27,614 nt of DNA from a virus (taxonomy: Duplodnaviria > Caudoviricetes): the IMG/VR virus record IMGVR_UViG_3300025673_000014, positions 1 through 27,614 of that record. The stretch is one strand, 5' to 3'. Position numbers and translations under genes: made by a program. Numbering within the stretch: the stretch's first letter is position 1; every line of letters starts with the position of its first letter. Under the pieces are notes generated by a model, which did not search any database, had not been told where the DNA came from, and saw nothing but the letters and a program-made list of their open reading frames with translations. Shown here one piece after another: positions 24,326 through 27,614 of this stretch.

Positions 24326-25027
24326 ATGAGTAAAATAATTGTAGATGAGTTACAAAAAAGCGGTGGAGAAAGTTTTGGGCTACCTACTACTAAAGGTATT
24401 GCAGGTTCTGTATTGACCTCAGATGGTCTTGGTGCTACAGCTTTTGACACACCGAATTTTGGACCGGGGATTGCGTGGGATAAAGTTAATCATGGTGGTG
24501 TTTCTGAGGTGGCTCACTTTTTTGAAGCCCCTCGGGAGTCAATTGTCGGGTTGAAGATAGATTACAATAACGTAAGACCATCAAGTAACGACAGGTTGCT
24601 GATATGGGGCATGAGTGCTGACGGTAGTTCTAACTATAACACTTGGATGTCTATTTGGAATGGTACTTATAGCAATGCCAGTACTCAAAGTTCATATGAC
24701 GCTGGACAGGACTTTGGGTATATTACTGCTAATAATCATTACGTTAATTCAAGTGACGTATATTCTACAGGCGTGACGGGTAGTTCAGTTATTAGTTTCA
24801 ATGCTGCAGATTCTAACTACCCTAGGATGCAGGTGATGTCCGAACTCACCCATTCAAAGAATACTGGCAACGATGACATTATGGGTTACAAATCCCTATG
24901 TAGTTGGTATGGAAGGTCATCCCCTAACTTGAGTACTTCCACTCCAGTAGCAGGTATCAAGTTTACTTGGCAGAGTGGGTCAACTTTTGACTTAGGAAAT
25001 ATCGCCATTACTGAAATGACAAGATAA
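24326..25027 (+). CDS. Hypothetical tail-fibre-associated / putative receptor-binding protein
   Basis: N-terminal MSKIIVDELQKSGG and LPTTKGIAGSVLTSDGLG fibre-like segment, followed by a Ser/Asn/Tyr-rich globular domain. Lies next to a chaperone gene. Confidence 0.65.
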   Translation: MSKIIVDELQKSGGESFGLPTTKGIAGSVLTSDGLGATAFDTPNFGPGIAWDKVNHGGVSEVAHFFEAPRESIVGLKIDYNNVRPSSNDRLLIWGMSADGSSNYNTWMSIWNGTYSNASTQSSYDAGQDFGYITANNHYVNSSDVYSTGVTGSSVISFNAADSNYPRMQVMSELTHSKNTGNDDIMGYKSLCSWYGRSSPNLSTSTPVAGIKFTWQSGSTFDLGNIAITEMTR

Positions 25028-25039
25028 GGAACATAGACA

Positions 25040-25321
25040 ATGAATAAAATAATCAATGGTAAGGTGATACCTTTAACGCCAACAGAATTAGTAGCCTTTA
25101 ACGCTACAGTGGCTGACCCAGAAGAAGCCCTAGCATCCGCTAAAGGACGCTTACGAATAGAGCGTAACCAATTATTGGCAGATACAGACTTCTTGGCACT
25201 TCAAGACTCAGCCCCTCTAACAACGGAACTCTTGGAGTATCGTAAAGCCCTTAGAGATTTACCTGCAACCACAACAGATTTTGAGAACCCTGTGTTCCCT
25301 ACTAATCCTTTAGAGGGGTAA
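25040..25321 (+). CDS. Phage tail fibre assembly chaperone
   Basis: LRIERNQLLADTDF...YRKALRDLP...FPTNP signature; AAGGA SD. Confidence 0.85.
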   Translation: MNKIINGKVIPLTPTELVAFNATVADPEEALASAKGRLRIERNQLLADTDFLALQDSAPLTTELLEYRKALRDLPATTTDFENPVFPTNPLEG

Positions 25322-25327
25322 ATACCT

Positions 25328-27415
25328 ATGGGAGTTTCCTTACAATTAAGACGAGGGACAACCGCAGAGGTTTCCTCGTTTGCAACAGGAAAGGAGGGTG
25401 AGTTAATCCTTGATACGGAAACTCATATCCTCTACGTTATTGATGGTAGTGGGGGTAAATTCCCCATTAGTGGGAGCGGTGGTAGTGGGAGCGGTGGTAG
25501 TGGGAGCGGAAGTGGAGGTACTGGAGAAACAGAGTGGGCTAATATGCCTGTGTATGATGCTGCTGCTGATACTCTGACTGTAACCAACGAGGACGGTTCT
25601 ACGACAGTTATTGATTTAGTTCCTCCCTTGTTGGTGACACCAGAACTCAATTCAATCATTGCGGATGCTATTGCAACTATCCCAGCTGCTAGTGGCTTGA
25701 CAATCACAGACCTCAACACGCTACAGGCACAGCTTGAATCGAAGATAGACCTTGATAATCAAATCCAAGATGACACCATAACGGCAGTATCAGATATTGT
25801 GACTGCTCAACAGCAGAGTATTGCAGTTCTCTCTGCTTCAGCTACAGCTACAGCCGCAGAGGTTGAAGCCAGTATTGTTGCCGATTTGTATGCACAATTA
25901 GGTACTAACACAGCAGGTCTTCAAACAGAACTGAACGTGAGAGCATTGGCAGATTTAACCATAACTCAGAGTGTTGTAAACCTCCAAGCAGAGTTTGATG
26001 ACAACGCTGCAACGGTTGAATCTACATTAACAGCGTTAACAACGGCAGACTCCTCTACCGCTCAAGCGTTAACTACTCTTGATACATCGTTTGGGACTTT
26101 AGACAATTCTGTGGCTACTCTGTCACAGGATTTATCAGCAGTATCAACTGAAGCTGCGGCATCCACAGCAGCCATAACTACAATGAACGCTAGGGTTGGT
26201 GATGTGGAGGGTGATATTTCTTCACTAAGCCAGATAGTAGCTAATTCGGATGGTTCAGTTGTAGCATCAAATCTGGAAACACTCACAACTACCGTTGGAG
26301 AGTATACAGCAACCGTACAGGATAATTCAGAGTCAATCAATGGCATAGAAGCTAAACGCACTATCTCTATTAACGCAGGTGGTGACGTTGTAGGCTTTGA
26401 GATGCTTGGTAATTCTGTCCTCAACACAAACTCTATTAAGTTCAACACGGATAACTTTGTTGTTGCAGGCTCAGGAGCAGAAGATAGAGCACCCTTTACG
26501 ATTTCGGAAGGGAATGTCAGCATTGATGGGGACTTGATTGCTACAGGTACTTTGAGTGCCGCTTCGATAGACACAAACGGTATTACATGTTCCATGATTA
26601 CTAATGGTACTGCTAACGTAACAGGTGGTGGTTTCTCGCTTGGTGGGGCAGGTGGAACTATCGGTGGTCATACAGGTGTAATGGCAGCTGTATCTACTAG
26701 CGGAAGTAAGTGGGGAAGTATCCACGCTATGAATAGTAGTGGGGAAGCAGGTGCTATAGGTGCAGGTTCTATGGGCGGTCCCGCTATTGTAGCTGTATTT
26801 GGTGGGGGACCATCTTACGCACCGGGTACTATTTCTACACAGGCTAACCTTGCAGCCGCAGGTAATGTGGGAGCATCCTTTGTGGGTGACATCCACGGTA
26901 ACGGTGGTACATACCTTCCGTTTACAGGGTCACACCAAGCACTCATAGAGAGTGTTGGGGAAGTAGGGGATATTGTGATTGATGTAGAAGTCATTGCTAA
27001 AGAGAGTATTTCTGACACTATAACCATAGTCGAAGTCTCTACACTCCCGAATCAGAAAGGTGTGGTGGGGGTTTATGCCAAGACGTTCGCTGAAAGTGTA
27101 ATACCCCATGCAATCAGTACCCCTGTCGATGGTGACTACATGAAGCGGTTTGTAAAACCTGCATTCTCACAGGTTTACGAAGCGTGCGAACTTGTGTCCA
27201 TCAACTCTCTTGGCGAAGGTCAAGTGAATGTCTGTGGCGAAGGTGGTAACTTAGAAATAGGTGACCTCATCGTAACCTCAAGTATCCAAGGTAAAGGTAA
27301 GAAACAGGGTGATGACATCATCCGGTCAACTACAGTAGCCAAAGTTCGTGAGAACGTAACATTCTCTACTTACTCCGAAGTCAAGCAAGTCGCTTGCATT
27401 TACTTATGCGGTTAG
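25328..27415 (+). CDS. Second tail fibre/spike: Mtd_N-like N-terminus, coiled coil, gpJ/DUF1983-like segment, C-terminal chaperone-like domain
   Basis: LQLRRGTTAE...EGELILDTET; heptad Ala/Thr/Leu shaft; SINGIEAKRTISINAGGDVVGF...IKFNTDNFVV; FTGSH...NSLGEGQVNV...GDLIVTS...TVAK...ACIYLCG. Confidence 0.8.
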   Translation: MGVSLQLRRGTTAEVSSFATGKEGELILDTETHILYVIDGSGGKFPISGSGGSGSGGSGSGSGGTGETEWANMPVYDAAADTLTVTNEDGSTTVIDLVPPLLVTPELNSIIADAIATIPAASGLTITDLNTLQAQLESKIDLDNQIQDDTITAVSDIVTAQQQSIAVLSASATATAAEVEASIVADLYAQLGTNTAGLQTELNVRALADLTITQSVVNLQAEFDDNAATVESTLTALTTADSSTAQALTTLDTSFGTLDNSVATLSQDLSAVSTEAAASTAAITTMNARVGDVEGDISSLSQIVANSDGSVVASNLETLTTTVGEYTATVQDNSESINGIEAKRTISINAGGDVVGFEMLGNSVLNTNSIKFNTDNFVVAGSGAEDRAPFTISEGNVSIDGDLIATGTLSAASIDTNGITCSMITNGTANVTGGGFSLGGAGGTIGGHTGVMAAVSTSGSKWGSIHAMNSSGEAGAIGAGSMGGPAIVAVFGGGPSYAPGTISTQANLAAAGNVGASFVGDIHGNGGTYLPFTGSHQALIESVGEVGDIVIDVEVIAKESISDTITIVEVSTLPNQKGVVGVYAKTFAESVIPHAISTPVDGDYMKRFVKPAFSQVYEACELVSINSLGEGQVNVCGEGGNLEIGDLIVTSSIQGKGKKQGDDIIRSTTVAKVRENVTFSTYSEVKQVACIYLCG
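25469..25509 (+). repeat. 15-nt tandem repeat encoding a Gly-Ser linker (SGSGG)
   Basis: AGTGGGAGCGGTGGT x2 followed by AGTGGGAGCGG. Confidence 0.88.
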
Positions 27416-27418
27416 CGG

Positions 27419-27614
27419 ATGGAAGATATGGAAAGTAGACTCTCGAAACTCGAATGGCGAACACATGAACACGCTGAAGAGATTCGGGAAGTCAAACGGA
27501 CGGCAGATGCTTTAACCAAGGCTTTATCGGACATATCCGCTTGTTTACAGCAGATTAAATTCACGGCATTCGGTGCTGTGGTTATGCTGATTATGAGCCA
27601 ACTGGGTATCACAG
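27419..27614 (+). CDS. Putative holin-like small membrane protein (3'-truncated; not in ORF track)
   Basis: Manual translation MEDMESRLSKLEWRTHEHAEEIREVKRTADALTKALSDISACLQQIKFTAFGAVVMLIMSQLGIT...: coiled coil then a hydrophobic segment. Occupies the gp17.5 position after the tail fibres. Alternative start at 27428. Confidence 0.55.
   Translation, partial: MEDMESRLSKLEWRTHEHAEEIREVKRTADALTKALSDISACLQQIKFTAFGAVVMLIMSQLGIT

Noticed and set aside
25328-27415. Diversity-generating retroelement target, because of the Mtd_N-like domain
   Set aside because: No reverse transcriptase, no template/variable repeat pair and no C-type lectin-like C-terminus are visible in the window. A DGR elsewhere in the genome cannot be excluded.
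19496-27418. Genome-wide TAG reassignment, suggested by in-frame TAG junctions at 19496 and 27413
   Set aside because: Conserved genes are full length under code 11, and TAG ends genes at natural C-termini (exonuclease, gp6.7-like, fibre ...IYLCG). Same-frame adjacency also occurs with TAA and TGA (6964, 8742, 22384).
160-27612. Numerous minus-strand ORFs and short alternative-frame + strand ORFs in the track (e.g. 19090-19767, 26062-26595, 536-808, 5750-6022, 8759-8998, 27412-27612)
   Set aside because: They lie within or antisense to well-supported + strand genes, show no recognisable motifs, and read like shadow frames of a unidirectional T7-like genome.

Overview
This window is a 27.6 kb slice of a lytic T7-like podovirus genome (Autographiviridae-type structural module; probably marine or environmental, which is an inference). 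All credible genes lie on the + strand and are tightly packed. The replication and dNTP-supply block comes first: 3' part of a family A DNA polymerase, an overlapping endonuclease VII-like gene, thyX, a gp6-like exonuclease, a DUF3310 protein, a MazG-like pyrophosphatase, and class I nrdA/nrdB. A 58-codon Cys-rich ORF missing from the ORF track follows. Next is the T7-order morphogenesis module: gp6.5-like, gp6.7/7.3-like, portal, scaffold, capsid, terminator, tail tubular A/B, gp13, and the internal virion proteins. The window ends with a multi-gene tail-fibre module and the start of a holin-like gene. The most notable observations are: (i) an apparently rearranged ejection-protein set, with a lytic-transglycosylase-like domain on the gp15 C-terminus and a gp16-like region split into two same-frame ORFs by one TAG flanked by cysteines; (ii) a structured element in the capsid leader; (iii) apparent complete absence of GATC, GGCC, CGCG and GAGCT/AGCTC; (iv) a chimeric second tail fibre. 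All family assignments come from motif recognition and synteny, not database searches, and k-mer counts were made by eye.
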